This document shows positions 26,268-38,870 of a stretch of 64,000 nucleotides of DNA, piece after piece. This DNA comes from Octopus bimaculoides (taxonomy: Eukaryota): the NCBI RefSeq assembly GCF_001194135.2, contig NC_068998.1, positions 13,328,753 to 13,392,752 on the forward strand, written 5' to 3'. The first letter of the stretch is position 1; each line of letters opens with the position of its first letter. A program made the position numbers and the translations under genes. Below the pieces are notes generated by a model. That model was given only the letters and a program-made list of their open reading frames with translations, did not search any database and was not told where the DNA came from.

Positions 26268-26421
26268 NNNNNNNNNNGTGTGTGTATGTATATATGTATG
26301 TATGTATATTAAACATTTTGGGTGTGCAAATTAGGGACTCCTTCATAGAGAAACTGCTGCATTTGTTGAGTATATAAACAGTTTGGTTGCTTGTTTCTCT
26401 GGAGACTGTCAGAATTATGTA

Positions 26422-26471
26422 GACACCTCTGATGAGAACCCAATGAGGTTTGAAAATCAATTAAGGTTGTC
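26422..26471 (+). ncRNA. Minimal type I hammerhead ribozyme motif, probably partly decayed
   Basis: Stem I GACACCT / AGGT(T)GTC; core CTGATGA 26429-26435; stem II G-AACC caatga GGTT-T; GAAA 26452-26455; 2-bp stem III AA tcaa TT; UA cleavage site after 26463. Confidence 0.75.
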
Positions 26472-26584
26472 CATCATAGAAACGGCTAAAATTTGCCCTG
26501 TTTATAATTATACCATAAATAATGCGATTTTTGAAATTGCATGAACTAAAGGTCGGAGCAGAATGAGATAAACTTGCTATAAAA

Positions 26585-26910
26585 GCAAGTGTGCAAGAAG
26601 GAAGACTGTAATTGAAGGACATATTTGGTAAACAATGCCAAAATATTCAAGTGGAAAGTAAATATATAAGAGGGAGACCAAGGAAGATGTAGGAAAATGT
26701 TGTGAAGTCTGATCTCAAATAATTGAATCTTACAAGGAAAATAGGAAACGTACATGCTAAATAGTATGGCATGTCCAACCTCAGGAGAAAATCCATCCAC
26801 CCCATAAAGCACAGGAAAAAATGAGAGTAAAAATTATGATGACAACAACGTCAAGAGTCTGACCCATGCAGGCATAGAAAAGAGGATGTTAGAACAATGA
26901 AGACAATGAT
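26585..26910 (+). mobile_element. Old RTE LINE 3' remnant
   Basis: VQEGRL...IRGRPRKM*ENVVKSDLK*LNL, followed by a decayed tail. Confidence 0.55.
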
Positions 26911-29741
26911 GATGTTTCCTGGGAATGGCTGGAGCATTACACCATTATTGTGTAATGACAAATTAAAACCATCAACCCTCTGAATGGGGCTATGGTGACA
27001 CAGTACAAGTTCACATCTCACCTAAACTTCTTTCTTTGTCATGTTTTTACAATCTAGCTACCAGTTTTGGGGAGCTTAAATCTAAATATTAACTTCATTA
27101 ACTTCCCTTAGTTGAAAAACCATTTCAAAATTCCTAACCATTCTGTGGAGCTTCTATTGTTTCTGTTGCTGCCTCTCATACTTCTTCACATAATGACAAA
27201 TAAAAATATAATTATGAATATTTATATTTTCGTTTTAGTGAATAATAAATAGGTGGAATAGAAGGTCGTATTATGATTCATTTCTATGTAAACAAAAGCT
27301 TCCTCATTTGCTTTCATGTTTATCTTTTATCATTTACACAAACATCATATTGTCAGCCACCATAAGAACCATTAATATAGCAAGAAGATCTGCTAGAGTC
27401 TCTCTTGAACTATACCCGACTCTCATAGATGTTTGTTATTCAGTGGCTGTAGCCAAAATGCATTTCACCATGCTGCACAAGGAAACTCTCCTCCATTTTC
27501 TTTTATATGTCCTCAACTTCAGGTTGTGTGTCTCTGCCAACCACATCAATGTATCTAAGTGATCTTCATGGTCTTAATCCTTTGTTAGGGTGTGGAAATC
27601 CTTCAAAATATAACATCTGATGTGGCCTGATTTTCAGCATGAGAGCAGTGACTAACAAAGCCTACAGTGTGTTGGGCATCACTTGTAAAAATAGGTAGAC
27701 TATATCCATTTGTCACCTGTCTGATCTTGTGTTTATGCCATGAAAAGTTTGAACCCTCATAAGAGCCCTCGATGTGAGTTTGAAAATTCTTCTTCATAAT
27801 TTAAGCTTGGGCCCCGTTAAGAATGATTCCTCTACATATATCCCTGACACTGAAATATTTAACTGTCAGATATTTTAAAGTTGTATCTCTCTAACCTTGA
27901 TGATGCTGATGATTTTTATCATGTAGCTTATTTGGTCAAACTCCAAACAGCAACAGTTGGTCAAACCATTAGTTAGCCCTTGTTTCATATATCTTGAGTA
28001 ATATAATGCTTTCTTTTAATGAGTCCCAAGTTAGTCTGGTGGTTGGTGAAAAATTGCGAATGTATATTATATATGACACATGGACACGAGGAAAATATTT
28101 CCTCTGTATTACATGTGATACACAGGACAGGTAAAGGGCTAAGATTTTACTACTTAACACTTTACCATTACACCATTGGTTATTTACTACCCTAAAAATA
28201 AAAAAATGAAGGCCCTCAATCAATTTTCATATGCCATAACTTATAGTATCTGATAAACAGTAAACAATAAACAATGGCAGGCATAATAAATTTATGTAAA
28301 TTAAACATTAACAGAGCTTGATAGTCTTCCATTTTTGTCCTCTCTCACTTCACTTAACTCTTGTTCTTTCCTCATTCCTTTTTATCTTCTCTCTTTATCC
28401 CTGTCCTCCCCACTTCTCTCCCTCTTTCACTCAATACTCTCAGTTTCCCTATTCAGTACCATCAATAAATGATCACCCTCTGACTACCACCCAATGCACT
28501 AGACATTTCCCCATCTTCATAGCAAATCAATTTATTACACGTTTGTATTGTTAAAACAAAATCTGTTTGTTTGAGATATTGCCAAATATTAGCAGATTTT
28601 ATTTCTTGTTTTATTTCTCTATATTATCTCTCAAATAGTTTTAAAAGAAATCAGTGAGTTATCTTCGAACAAGGATTAAATAATTAAAAGTGTAAACCAC
28701 AAGTCGACTGGAATTAATCAATGATTGTAAATAATTCCTCCAGTCTTGGGAGATTTATTCCAGCTTCTTGTGTCCAGGGTTCAAATCCTACTAGGATTGA
28801 CTTTGCTTTTCACTCCTAGTTACAGGTACAGATGTGGCTGTGCAGTTAACAAGCTTTCTTTTTAATCATTGGTTTCAGTTTCAATTCCACTGCATAGCAC
28901 CTTATGCAAGTTTCTTCTGCTGCTACAGCTCTGGGCTGACCTTGAGATTGAATCTGATAGATGGAAACTATGTGGAAGCTCATCATATGTGTGTGTGTGT
29001 GTGTGTGTGTGTGTCACAGAACCATGTCTAATTTGGGCATACTCCCAAAATAACAGATTTTCTTTCAAAAGATCTTAATATAAAAATTCACCAAGAGAAA
29101 TAATCTTAAAAGCATTAAACATACTTTCCTCTTATTCTTTCTTTCTTTTTTTTTTATTATTAAACCAAGGTTAAAGAATATTTCTTCTCTTATTTGATGT
29201 CAAAAATTTTTCCAAATTATTTTCAAGTTCTCGAAATTGAAAATAAATACATAAATAGATATACACGTAAAATATATAAACAATTGAGAAAATATATCTT
29301 TATTAAAAGAAAGAAAATCTGGCAGTTTNNNNNNNNNNNNNNNNNNNNNNNNNNNNNNNNNNNNNNNNNNNNNNNNNNNNNNNNNNNNNNNNNNNNNNNN
29401 NNNNNNNNNNNNNNNNNNNNNNNNNNNNNNNNNNNNNNNNNNNNNNNNNNNNNNNNNNNNNNNNNNNNNNNNNNNNNNNNNNNNNNNNNNNNNNNNNNNN
29501 NNNNNNNNNNNNNNNNNNNNNNNNNNNNNNNNNNNNNNNNNNNNNNNNNNNNNNNNNNNNNNNNNNNNNNNNNNNNNNNNNNNNNNNNNNNNNNNNNNNN
29601 NNNNNNNNNNNNNNNNNNNNNNNNNNNNNNNNNNNNNNNNNNNNNNNNNNNGCTTTATGTCTCAAATTTCTCACCAAAGGGAAAGAGCCAATATCTTACA
29701 AAGCTTTCTCAGTGGAATTTAAACATCAACTGGCTCACCAT

Positions 29742-29801
<60 letters not shown>

Positions 29802-30089
29802 ATATGTATGTGTAGTACAAGTGTCAGAACAAATACACTTGTACCAAATGAAAAAAAAGAAACAACTCTTAATCATTTATTTTTCTCCTGTCTGAAATCA
29901 CTGACAGAACCAGAATCGATGAAATCTTGCCAAAATGTTATTCATGTCATCATTTACAACAGTGCTTTTCAAACTTTTTAACTATGGCCCTTTTTCTTTT
30001 ACTAACACTTTTTCAATACCACCCTTGCCATGATTCAACAAAAATACATTCTCTAAAATGATCTGTAAGTCATTCAATAGTTTAACCAT

Positions 30090-31325
30090 CAGATTGACAG
30101 AAGGCTGTACGAGGCTCCAATCTGATCAGGTAAAGTTTCTACAGCTGGATGCCCTTCCTAACACCAACGACTCTGAGAGTGTAGTGGGTGCTTTTTACAT
30201 GCCACTGGCACGAGGACCAGTCAGGCAGTACTGGCATCAACCATGCTTGAATGGTGCTTTTTATGTGCCACTGGCATGGGAGCCAGTCAGGCGGCACTGG
30301 CAACGATCACACTCGATGGTGCTTTTAATGTGCCACTGGCATGGGTGCCATTCAGGTGGTACTGTCATCGGCCACAACAACAACTTCACTTGCCTCAGCA
30401 GGTCTTTGCAAGCGCAGTTTATTGCCCAATGATTGAAGGGTATTCTTAAATGGGCTGGTTATGCTGCACAGGCATAGGCCACGGTTAGGGTCTCCCTTGG
30501 GTTGCCGGGTTTTCTCAAGCACAGCATATCTTCAAACATCTTGGTCACTTGTCATTGCCTTGGTAAGGCCCAATGTTCAAAAGTCATGCTTCACCACCTC
30601 ATCCCAGGTCTTCTTGGGTCTACTTCTTCCACAGGTTCTCTCCACTGCTAGGGTGTGACACTTTTTCACACAGCTGTCCTCATCCATACACAACACATGA
30701 CCATACCAGCACAGTTCTCTCTCTTGCACACCACATCTGATGCTTCTTAGATCCAACTTTTCTCTCAGGGCGCTTACACTCTGTCGTGTATGCACACTGA
30801 CATTACACATCCAGTGGAGCATACTGGCTTCATTCCTCACAAGCTTACGCATGTTCTCAGTAGTCATGACCCATGTTTCACTGCCATGTAGCATGGCTGT
30901 TTGCACACACATGTCATACAGTCTACCTCTTACTCTGAGCGAGAGGCCCTTTGTCACCAGAAGAGGTAGGAGCTCTCTGAACTTTGCCCAGGCTATTCTT
31001 ATTCTAGCAGCTACACTCTCAGAACATCCAACCCCGCTACTGACTTGGTCCCTTAGGTAATGGGAGCTATCAACTATTTGTAGGTTTTCCCCCTGGAATG
31101 TGACGGAAGCTGTTTTCTGCACATTTTCAGTGTTTATTGCTACTGAGCATTTACCACACACAAAAACTATCTTCCCAGTTAGCCTTCCTTTGATATTGTT
31201 GCACCTCTTATGTGTCCATAGCTTACACTGGGTACATCTTATGGAGTTTCTACCTATGCCTTTTCTACACATCAAGCAGGGCCATCTACCTGATGGGATT
31301 TGTATTTTGTCTGCCTTCCTACTTT
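30090..31325 (-). mobile_element. 5'-truncated RTE-clade LINE: RT C-terminus with PHD-like finger, plus 3' UTR
   Basis: 232-aa ORF: YLRDQVSSGVGCSESVAARIRIAWAKFRELLPLL...LHGSETW...CWYGHVL...GRSRPKKTWDEVVKHDF; 3' UTR carries the GGAAGGGCATCCAGC motif. Confidence 0.93.
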
Positions 31326-31914
31326 CGATTCTTTTTGTCTATGGTATGGGGTCTTAAAATTTTATTGCCTGTTCCCCCGATTTCACCCTTGCGTACATGT
31401 GAAACTGTGGTTTTGAATCATTTTGACTACTATCTTTAGCATGCTGGTGCTACAAGTAGTACCCTTCATTATTAATCAATAATTTTGCCTTTATGGTTCT
31501 TTTACGCATGCTAGCCACTGATATTATTGCAAATTATCAACAATAATATCCTTATATATTTTCATATGTACACATATATAATTGATAACAAAGAGGAGAT
31601 TGGAGATTTATTCACATCCAAATAAATTTTCTACAGCATTTATAACACTGACTTACTTATGTTTCAACTGCAGCAATTGCACATTGCTCTGTATGCAATT
31701 ATGCATCCTAGTTGCTGCAATTTTATCACGGGTCCATCACTTATAACATTTTCAGAGTGAATTAATTCAAACAAGTGTCCTGCGTTGGTATCCAGTTGAA
31801 AGTGATAGCATTACTTTTAAATCCAGTATCTCTTTAAGGCTTGACTACTATGTAATTGGACCGTTGTAGATAGCCAGCATCTATACAAATTTGTGAGATA
31901 ATACAATACCCCTT

Positions 31915-32255
31915 AGTGAAGGCGCATGGCTCAGTGGTTAGAGCGTCGAGCTTACGATCGTGAGGTTGTGAGCTCGAATCCCAGACCAGGCTGCGTGTTG
32001 TGTTCTTGAGCAAGACACTTTATTTCATATTGCTCCAGTTCACTCAGCTGTAGAAATGAGTTGCGACGTCAAATGTGCTAAGCTATATCAGCCCCTTTGC
32101 CTTTCCCTTGGATAACACTGGTGGCATTGAGAGGGGAGGCTGGTATGCATGGGCGACTGCTGGTCTTGCATAAACAATCTTGCCTGGACTTCTGCCTCGG
32201 AGGGTAACTTTCTGGGTGCAATCCCATGGTCAGTCATGACTGAAGGGGGTCTCAG
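31915..32255 (+). mobile_element. SINE family B, full length and relatively young
   Basis: Intact A box TGGCTCAGTGGT and B-box-like GAGCTCGAATCCC; retains CpGs. Confidence 0.9.
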
Positions 32256-33104
32256 ACAATATCCCTTTTATACTCTTTCAGTTTCCATCTACGAAACCCA
32301 GTCACAAAGCTTTTGGGTAGCCTGGAACTATAGTGGAGGACACACAGTGGGATTGAATCCCACACCATATGGTTGGAAAGCAAGCTTCTTAACCACATAG
32401 CTAAGTCTGTGCCTATTTATCAATTTCTTTTTTTTTTTTTTTTTTAGTGGAGTACACAGAGAGTGGTTATTAAGTGATTATGTATATATCAAAAAAGTAA
32501 AAAAATGTTACTTTAAATGCTTTAAACAATTCATTTGTGAAATAATTTATATGTTCATTACTGTTTACATAATCAATTTTTTTTTCTTTTCGATAACTTG
32601 CCTGGGAGGCCTAACATGGATGTTAATTGAATAGCTGTTTCGCATATCGTTCAAATTAATTTCATAGCTCTTTTAATATCAAAGAGCATTTTTGAAGATA
32701 TAAATTGAAAATGGTTTCGAACGAACATTATATTGACAAGACAAATCAACAGCAACAAAAAAAAGACATATTAAGGAAGAATGTGTATTCTGCAGTAGCT
32801 AAGTGAACATCACATACTCACCAAAGACAGTAAATATTCTGTGTAATAATTTTGTTCTTGCAGGTGTCATGATATAATCTAACTGTAAATTGTTTTTTTA
32901 AATCTAATAATACAGACTCAGAATTGAAGATTAAGTCAGACTGAAGCCATGTTGTGCATTCTAAGTATAGACATGTTATGCCTCTATGTATATCATAGTT
33001 GTAGTTTAAGCATATCAGTGTTACACCCAGGGCTGGATTAAAACGCACAGAGGCCCAAAGTATTTAAATGATTTTGGTGCCCCATGTATATGTGATTCAA
33101 AATA

Positions 33105-33430
33105 GGTGTGGCTATATGGTAAGAAGCTGGTTACCCAATGGTGTTATTCTGCGTTCAATCCCATTATATGACACCTTGGGCTATAGCCTCAGGCCAACCA
33201 AAGCCTTCTAAGCAGATTTGGTGGAGAGAACCTGAAAGAAGCTTGTCATATATGTAAATATATATATACATACACACACTCACTGATACATATTTATGTG
33301 TGGATGTGTGTGTCTTTATGTCTCTGTTTGTCCCCCAAATCCACTAGACAGCTGGTGATGGTATGTTTACATCCCTGTAACTTAGCAGTTTGGTAAAAGA
33401 CGCTAACAGAATAAGTACGATGTTTCTTGG
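33105..33430 (+). mobile_element. SINE family A, diverged
   Basis: Head, core and microsatellite blocks recognisable. Confidence 0.7.
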
Positions 33431-33495
33431 GGCTAAATAACAGTAACGTTCTTCCCTTTCCTGGGACTGCCACATTAAGCTGGCAACACGCCATC

Positions 33496-33534
<39 letters not shown>

Positions 33535-34007
33535 ATGTATGTACGTATAAGTTAAAGTTGTGAAGGAAGGCAAACAATTAGTCAAGGTAGGACAAGGACA
33601 TTTGATTTCATTCAGTTCAATCTAAAAATTTAGCTACATAACAAATGGCAAAAATAGTACAAACTGGTAAAGATACTTTCTGACAGCTGTTTCTGGGATA
33701 TCCCAGCGACTGGAGCATCATAACGAGCAAAGACTCTATAAGTTGGATATTTCATCATTGAAGAAATATAGGTTAGTGGAAAGGATGCTCCTCATCAATG
33801 GTATTTGTTGTGGTTCATTATGTCCAGGAGGGTAGGAGGGTCCAATTAAACCCAGTTGGATTGGATCTTCTTCAGGTAAATCCACGATCTTCTCACCTTG
33901 ATGTACCACTTAATAACTCTTTCTGATCAACAGCAAATTTGACCACAGGAGAACTTAAACTCAGAATGTAAAAACAGATGAAATGTTGCGAAGCATTTTA
34001 CCAGGCA

Positions 34008-34250
34008 TTTTTTTTTTTTTATAGTTTCAGCTCAGAGCTGCGGCTATGCTGATGTTATTACTGAGAACCTCCTCCAATATGTGGCACTTGGTGAAGAATG
34101 GAGTTTGATGCAGCTACCCTCATTTGCACCTCTTGCCGTGAGGTAGGTTCATCTGGGACTCTCGACAGGAAGAGGTCCAGCTTTGATTTAAAAACCCCTA
34201 CATCTACTTTGTGCAGGTTCCTCAGGCTCTTTGGGAGAATGTTAAAGTTT
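34008..34250 (-). mobile_element. CR1/Jockey-group LINE 3' end with poly(A), nested in a family C SINE (33935-34295)
   Basis: FNILPKSLRNLHKVDVGVFKSKLDLFLSRVPDEP...AASNSILHQ; T-run at 34008-34020; the host SINE resumes at TGCTAACAATTCTGCCAG near 34260. Confidence 0.8.
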
Positions 34251-35477
34251 TTTTTAAATATGCTAACAATTCTGCCAGATTGCTGCCCTAGCATGAAAAT
34301 ATATTGTAAACTATTTTTTACTGATATTCTGATGCCCCGAAAGAACTCAAATACTGGTGTTAAGAGTAATGATGACAATGACAGTGATGCAATTAATGCT
34401 GGTGACTGATTGGAGAACTCCACAGGAAGTCATCTGATTCAATCAGTCTTTAATTCATAAGGTTAATATTAAAATTGGGAAGTTTTTCACGCAGCATGTG
34501 TTTGGAGTTTAAAGATTATTCAAGTCAATAATGATGCATTTTCTTTTTTTTTTTTTTGCTTATTCTTTTGTAACTGCATTTCTAATCAAATATTCTGCCT
34601 ATGTTTTTGAATTGATGTTGAAAAATAATCAAACATTTACAGGAATTTAGTTAAATAACTTTTTCCATTATTAATCTAATGTTTGGAACACATTGCAAGT
34701 AACAGATCTTGCCTAAAATTTATGATCATTTTCATCTTCTGTATTTTTTTCTTTTTCTAATTTAAATGCCAACATTTTAAAATAGGGGCTAGCATCATAG
34801 AATTAGGATCAGTCTCAAGTGGTTTGTTATCACAAGGGCTAATCTTTGCTGAAACAATTCCAATATTCCAGCAGAGCAAATAATTGTTTTTCTACTTATA
34901 CAATCATTTTTATGCCAACAGTTTAGCCATAATGGGGAAAAAAATAACTATGTGTATATCCCAATGTATATATTGTAAATTTCTAGGTCTCCTATTGAGA
35001 ATAATACCATTTTATCGATTGAGTAACATTTATTATTAAAAGGAAAATAGATACCACTTGAATATTTTGGTGTCATGTCTTTTACATTCCATCTGGAAAA
35101 AGAAGGTAAATTAAATAGTGTCCCAATTGTAAGTAATATCTCAATAAGTTTCTATCTCAATAATTCCAGATTTAGGTTTTATGAAACTGAAGATTAGCTG
35201 AATAAGTTGGTTTCATGTGAACTTCCTCAATCAATCACCATTATTATCATCTTCTCTGTCACTACCATCATTGTTATCATTATTCAGTGAAGGTGCATGG
35301 CTTAGTGGTTAGGGTACTTGGCTCAAAGTCATAAGGTCATGAGTTCAATTCCTGGCAATGCATTGTGTCCTTGAGCAAGACACTTTATTTCACATTGCTC
35401 CAGTCGACTCAGCTGTCAAAAACAAGTAATATATGTACTTCAAAAGGCCAGTCTTATCACATCCTGTATCATGCTGG

Positions 35478-35700
35478 AAGGCAGCAAACTGGCAGAAACA
35501 TTAGCACGCTGGGCAAAATGCTTAGTGGTACTTCGTCTGTCTTTATGTTTTGAGTTCCAATTCCGCCAAGGTCGACTATGCCTTTCATCCTTTCAGGGTC
35601 AATAAATTAAGTACCAGTTGCATACTGGGGTTGATCTGATCGACTGCCCCCCCCCCACTCTCTAAAAATTTTGGGCTTTGTGCCTAGAGTAGAAAAGATT
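35478..35700 (+). mobile_element. SINE family C, tail type 2
   Basis: GTCGACTATGCCTTTCATCCTTTCAGGGTCAATAAATTAAGTACCAG core, tail GGCTTTGTGCCTAGAGTAGAAAAG. Confidence 0.85.
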
Positions 35701-35999
35701 CTGTATCATGCTGAATTTCTCCCAAGAACTATGTTAAGGGTATGCATTTCTGTGGAGTGTTCCTCTTGGGCATTGGAGTATCCAACAAAGACTTTACTTT
35801 GCAGTATTTTGTCATTCAATTTTTGTACTGAGATCAAATCTATGGAACACAGATGTTAAATGATGATGATGATGATAATGATGAAAGAGTAATAATGATA
35901 ATAATTCTTGGATGGCATTTATAAATATTATAATGCATTGCTACATGCACCCCCCCCCCATACACACACACACACAGACTCTCACATAAGACAGACTAC

Positions 36000-36290
36000 T
36001 TCTCTGCATTGTGAGGTCACAGCTCTGGTAATATTGACATGTGATTAGAATGCCACAGGAAAGAATTGCAAGAGGGATTCTTCAAGCTGAGCCCATTGGA
36101 TAGATGAAGAAAGAAAATGGTTGGATAATATTCATAGTCTCAGTTGATGACACTTGGGAAATCAGCCAGAAAGTCTAACGATTATTACTTCTGATAGGAG
36201 CTTATGGAGGAGGTGCTTCAAGAGTCTACTCGAAAGTCACTTCCAGGAATATAGTGGGCAAAGAAGATGAATGGATGAGTGGAAGAATAA
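36000..36290 (+). mobile_element. Decayed RTE LINE C-terminal fragment, second subfamily
   Basis: VRSQLW*Y*HVIRMPQERIARGILQAEPIG...KWLDNI...SDRSLWR. Confidence 0.65.
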
Positions 36291-38639
36291 GTAAGGGCTA
36301 GCAAAGGAAAGATTGTCTGGCTGCAAACGAAAAAAGAAAAAAAGGCAATGCTTTAATAATATGCATTTTCAAGCCTCTTGTTGAATGGAAAAACAGATGT
36401 TAAACAAACAAACAAATGATTATACGACTCATGGAAATGTTGTATATTTATATAACTCCAATGACTCATATATATGAAGTCAATCCATAAATTATTACTT
36501 TTTTAAATAATACAAAATCTTTTAGTAAAGCCATTATCATATTTGTAACACTACGCAATAGAACTAGTTATTGCTAGAGGCAATCAATCCACCTATTGTT
36601 GTTGTTGGCACTCCATCGCTTACAACGTCAGAGTTTCTACAGCTGGATGCCCTTCCTAACGCCAACCACTCTGAGAGTGTAGTGGGTGCTTTTACGTGAA
36701 GTGCTTATGTAAATAATGTAAAGCTTCTTTTTCTAAAACAATAGAATGTGATTACAAAAAGATTTAGCTGGTATTTCTAGCAGGACAAGCTGTCACATAA
36801 ACACTTTATTTATAACGTCAATGATCAATGCATATTAAGAAACTGTCAGTCATGTCATAAGTTATTAATGAAGCAAGAGTCTGAAAATTTATGTTTTTGA
36901 CTGATATAGAACAAAATGTCATCAAATTATTTTTGAAACTGTCTTCATTTTAATATTCAAAGAATTTACAATAGCAGTTGATAAAATCAAAAGTTCTGAT
37001 GGAAAATATTTATATATATTTGTTTATTTGTATCTGCTAGTATCAATTCAGACAGGGATTTTCTGAGGCAAGACTTAACAATTTAATGGTCTTCCTTTTA
37101 CAATCCTTACCTTCTTTCAAGTAAGGGATATTGATTTATTTTTTAAAGAGGCCTTTGAAAGTATAGAACAACTGGTTATAAGGACAATAAAAAAAATACT
37201 AATATTGATTTCAAATTTTGGTGAAAATAAGTGATAGGTATTCTAACTGATGTGTCATTTCACCTGTTGTTGGAGCCCTATGGTTGAACAAAGATTTTGG
37301 CTTTATTGTACCATGCTAATCTATCGCATGTAAGGCACAAATTGGCTGTTGATTAAATCAGCCTCATTGTATCATTGGTACTTTATTTTATCAACCCTGG
37401 AAATATGGAAAACAATGTTTATCTCAGTGAAATTTGAACTTCAAATAGCAAAAAGCCAGAACAAAATCTATAAATTATTTTGTCTAATGTTCAAAGAATC
37501 CTGCCCATTCACTGTCCTTCTTCGTAATAAAAAATAATTACATAAATTTTGAATTCTGCAGAGTTATAGCTTAAATTAGTCTAAATTGAATTTAACTTCA
37601 GAACTGCAAGCTACAAGACACACTAATAACTCCAACAGTTCACAAAGTGAGAATAATTTAGTTTTATTATTTGATAACACAAGCCATCACTTGTTTCCTC
37701 AGGTTCTCCTGTTTTTCTTTACTAATAACCTTGTTTGGATGTTATCCAATCATCAGCCTGCTATCATGTCTTACATTAATGTATGATTATTTGCTAGACA
37801 TATTTTTCTTGTTTCACAATAAAATAGTTTTGTTGCCACAAATTAATCAATCTTTATAACTATTTGATTGAGGTAAATTTGACTGGAAGAAATGGACTGA
37901 ATTTGGGAAACAATAACTAAAGGAAGGTGAGCATTGCAGAAGTTCAAGGAATTGAATGGTGGACTACTTGAATGAAGGAAGTATTGCTAAAACTGGAGGG
38001 GAAAGAATATATTGCTTGTTTGATGAATGCTCTGATTGAAAGGAGTGAGACATGGTTAATGAATGGGTAGCTGCAGAGAATAATGGGAGTTTAGCCAGCA
38101 GTGAATGCTGGAAAGAGAAACGGAATGAAATAGTTGAGTCATGTTCATTTGTCAATGTCCCTGTAACTTAGCAGTTCAGCAAAATAAACTGACAGTATAA
38201 GTACCAGACATAGAGAGATATATACAGGGGTCGATTTGTTTGACTAAACTCTTGAAGGGGGTACCCCATCATGGCTGCAATTCAGTGAGTGAAAGAAACA
38301 AAAATACATGATGCAAAAATACACATGTATGCATTTGTGCATGCACACATGCTGCATGTCACTGACACCTCATCAGTTATGATGACAAATGTTTCAATTG
38401 GTCCAATCAAAGGAACAGACTGCTCTTGAAATTAACGGGCAAGTGGCTGAGCACTCCACAAACACGTGTACCCTTAATGTAATTCTCAGGGAGATTCAGC
38501 ATGACACTCTGAATGTGACAAGGCCCAGGGAAGCAAGGCATTCAGAATGTGGTTGATGCATTTAAAAACTTGTTTGATGCATTTAAATACTTCATCTAAT
38601 ATTCAGTAGACATGCCTTGCACACAATGCATCAACAAGT

Positions 38640-38870
38640 TTAACCCTTTAGCATTCAGCTTACTCTGTTAAATGTAATGCTTGTTTATTCCCATTCATTT
38701 TGAATTAATCATGCATTATCTCATAGCTCCAAGATTTCAATGATGTGATTGCATATTTTTAGAATGACATTGTAAGGTAAGTGTAAGAAGCCAGATTTTG
38801 TCAGTTTGAACATAAAGCAAGTCGAATATTTTGGGCCAGATGTGGTTGGTTTAAATGCAAGTGGATTAAA
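38640..38870. mobile_element. TTAA-flanked piggyBac-like MITE
   Basis: TTAA CCCTTTAGCATT start; sister of 61374-61561, with fragments near 21660-22047 and 60780-60996. Confidence 0.65.

Noticed and set aside
27340-27860. Moderately GC-rich, coding-looking stretch
   Set aside because: Frames are interrupted by stops and I could not assign motifs; possibly a very old retroelement.
31915-31990. tRNA-like sequences with A and B boxes
   Set aside because: They are SINE heads continuing into SINE bodies, without a complete cloverleaf or acceptor stem; not tRNA genes.
38370-38398. Minus-strand CTGATGA followed by a TGTCA/TGACA inverted repeat
   Set aside because: The repeat has only a 1-nt spacer and is not followed by GAAA; part of another repeat.
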